A stretch of 64,000 nt of DNA from contig JASANG010000424.1 in assembly GCA_030248215.1 (NCBI GenBank), positions 310,001 through 374,000 on the forward strand, read 5' to 3'. Under the pieces are notes generated by a model, which did not search any database, was not told the origin of the DNA, and saw only the letters and a program-made list of their open reading frames with translations. Below are positions 62,260-64,000 of this stretch, piece after piece. Positions within the stretch are counted from its first letter, which is position 1. Each line of letters begins with the position of its first letter. This stretch comes from Enoplolaimus lenunculus. Lineage: Eukaryota. The position numbers and the translations under genes were made by a program.

Positions 62260-62510
62260 CCCCTTCTCACATTGAGTTGCCTATAGGCAACTAAAGCGCA
62301 GTGTATATACGTTAAATAATGTATATCGCACCGTGTTTAACAATTGCAACACGTAAATCACCATAAGACGTGAGAGCCCCCTCGGGCTCGAGCGTCAAGC
62401 TCCTATAGCTGAGTGGTGATGGTATACGCCTCCCACTCCAGTCACTGGAGTTCGAATCCTAGCATAAAGTAGGTCTCAGGGGAAATAGAAAATATTCATG
62501 TGAGAAAGGG
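62260..62510 (+). mobile_element. piggyBac-like MITE carrying tRNA-like A/B boxes
   Basis: TTAA TSD, CCCCTTCTCAC/GTGAGAAAGGG TIRs, TAGCTGAGTGG and AGTTCGAATCC boxes. Confidence 0.8.
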
Positions 62511-63550
62511 TTAACTTAAATTTAGTCTGATACGATAAAAAATTGATCGCCTTTAGATTCGTGTGGTGGGTGTCTCAGAGTGCTAAAAATATATAGTAGT
62601 TCGAAATTTCGTGATCAAATTTAGTTGCTTTTCGCTCGTTTCTTTGCCAAATTTGAGGGCCGCATTTGACGTAGTTTGCCTGTTTCAAAATCTCGAAACT
62701 GATTGTCGATGAGGTGAGGCAAAATTAAGTAGTAGAAATGATGGTAAGTTAGTTAATTTTAGCCAATATTTGCAAAATATTGTTAAGTTGTTCTGTTTCA
62801 CGCTAATTTTCTACCAAATTTCGGCAATTCTTTCATGAAAATTGTGACAATAGTCAATCGAAACGCGCTAATTGCCGGAACTTCCGGCAAAAATTCTACC
62901 GGAGCCGGAGGCAGATTTTCGACCAGAGGCAAACTTCCGGTTGTACCCTGGTACCTATAGTAGGCCATTTTTAAAGCATTTCACAAAATATTTTATTTTA
63001 GACACAATTTTAATATTGCCATCGTTAGTGAAATCTTAAGTTTATTCATCTGTTTGAACATAAGCTAATATATATTTTAAATTTGAGACAGCGTTCAAAA
63101 GTTAACCATAGTTTTCCATTTTATTAATAAGATACACCATTGTACAGTTGCCATTTTTACACCAAGGTGAAAGTCTGAACTTTTCACAGGGTACCACCGC
63201 AGGTCTGGCTCCGGCAGAAAATCGGGCTTCGGCTCCAGTAGAATTTTTGCCGATGATTCCAAGAACTAATGATCAAGATTTACTAAAAATGAACCTTAAA
63301 GCCAAAATTTTTAAGAACATTTTAGTTGAAAGCTATCGGTAAGTTAGCCTGGCAGCAACAAAATGGGGAGGTTCAATAGACCTTAGCAGAAAACGTTCGC
63401 TCTCTTTTGACAGTTTTCGAGATCCGCTTGCAGATCAGGTAAATTTCACGGCATGCCCGTCCGAAGATTGTTGTGGCCTCTAAGATATGTTGAATTGGCT
63501 ATGCAAATTCGTTTTTATGCAGCCAAGGCGAAAAGTTATCCTTAAAAACA

Positions 63551-64000
63551 GTGTCGGCAAATAAATTGTATAAAATGTGGATACACGCTGTGTATAAGGG
63601 ACTCATGCATCCTAAACATGTTTTTTGGCGAGACGAGCTAGGAGTTGAACCTATTTTTGTCGAGCGATCATGGATATGGGCAAAAGCGAAATATGTTGAC
63701 GGCTCTGCGCGAGACGTCCATTTTAGGTTAAGACACAAGTCATTGTATACTAATCACCGCACTAGTCATTTTACAGATGGGACAAATATATGTTCGTTTT
63801 GTTATTTGGATGGAATTGAAGTGCGGGAGGATAATGTTCATGTGTTTATTTATTGTTTGCGGGCGCAAGAAATTAGTTTTTTCATTACTCCCGTTTTTGC
63901 AACAGGTAGCTGGAGTAAATGAAATAACGATTTCGGATTTAATTTTGGGACGAAATATTCACGACCCATTAAAGAGAATAGCTTTTAATTTCATCGTCCA
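63551..64000 (+). mobile_element. degenerate Tx1/L1-like LINE ORF2 C-terminal (zf-RVT) fragment, runs off the window
   Basis: RDVHFRLRHKSLYTN...CSFC...EDNVHVFIYC motif; apparent frameshift near 63895. Confidence 0.7.

Overview
AT-rich, intron-containing animal (invertebrate-like) genomic DNA, not prokaryotic; the species cannot be determined from sequence alone. Joining GT-AG exons by hand with consistent phases gives five genes. (1) The 3' part of a low-complexity protein gene (<1-11130, +). (2) A 9-exon ARID3/dead ringer transcription factor (19732-29947, +, ~704 aa). (3) An intronless 147-aa single-pass membrane protein (31895-32338, -). (4) An 11-exon SETD3-like SET-domain methyltransferase (34111-46377, -, ~629 aa) that unexpectedly has a signal-peptide-like N-terminus and a C-terminal hydrophobic anchor; this is the most notable candidate. 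(5) A ~1245-aa mostly disordered protein with degenerate dsRBD-like C-terminal motifs (53146-59168, +). Introns and intergenic DNA are dense in non-autonomous transposons: Merlin-like GGCC-ended MITEs carrying TTAGGC arrays (8-bp TSD), CACTG-ended CMC/EnSpm-like MITEs, piggyBac-like MITEs containing Pol III A/B boxes, a tRNA-headed element with a conserved leader, Tc1-like, Harbinger-like and hAT-like MITEs, a Helentron/DINE-like element and two LINE fragments. All family assignments come from motif recognition; no database searches were run.
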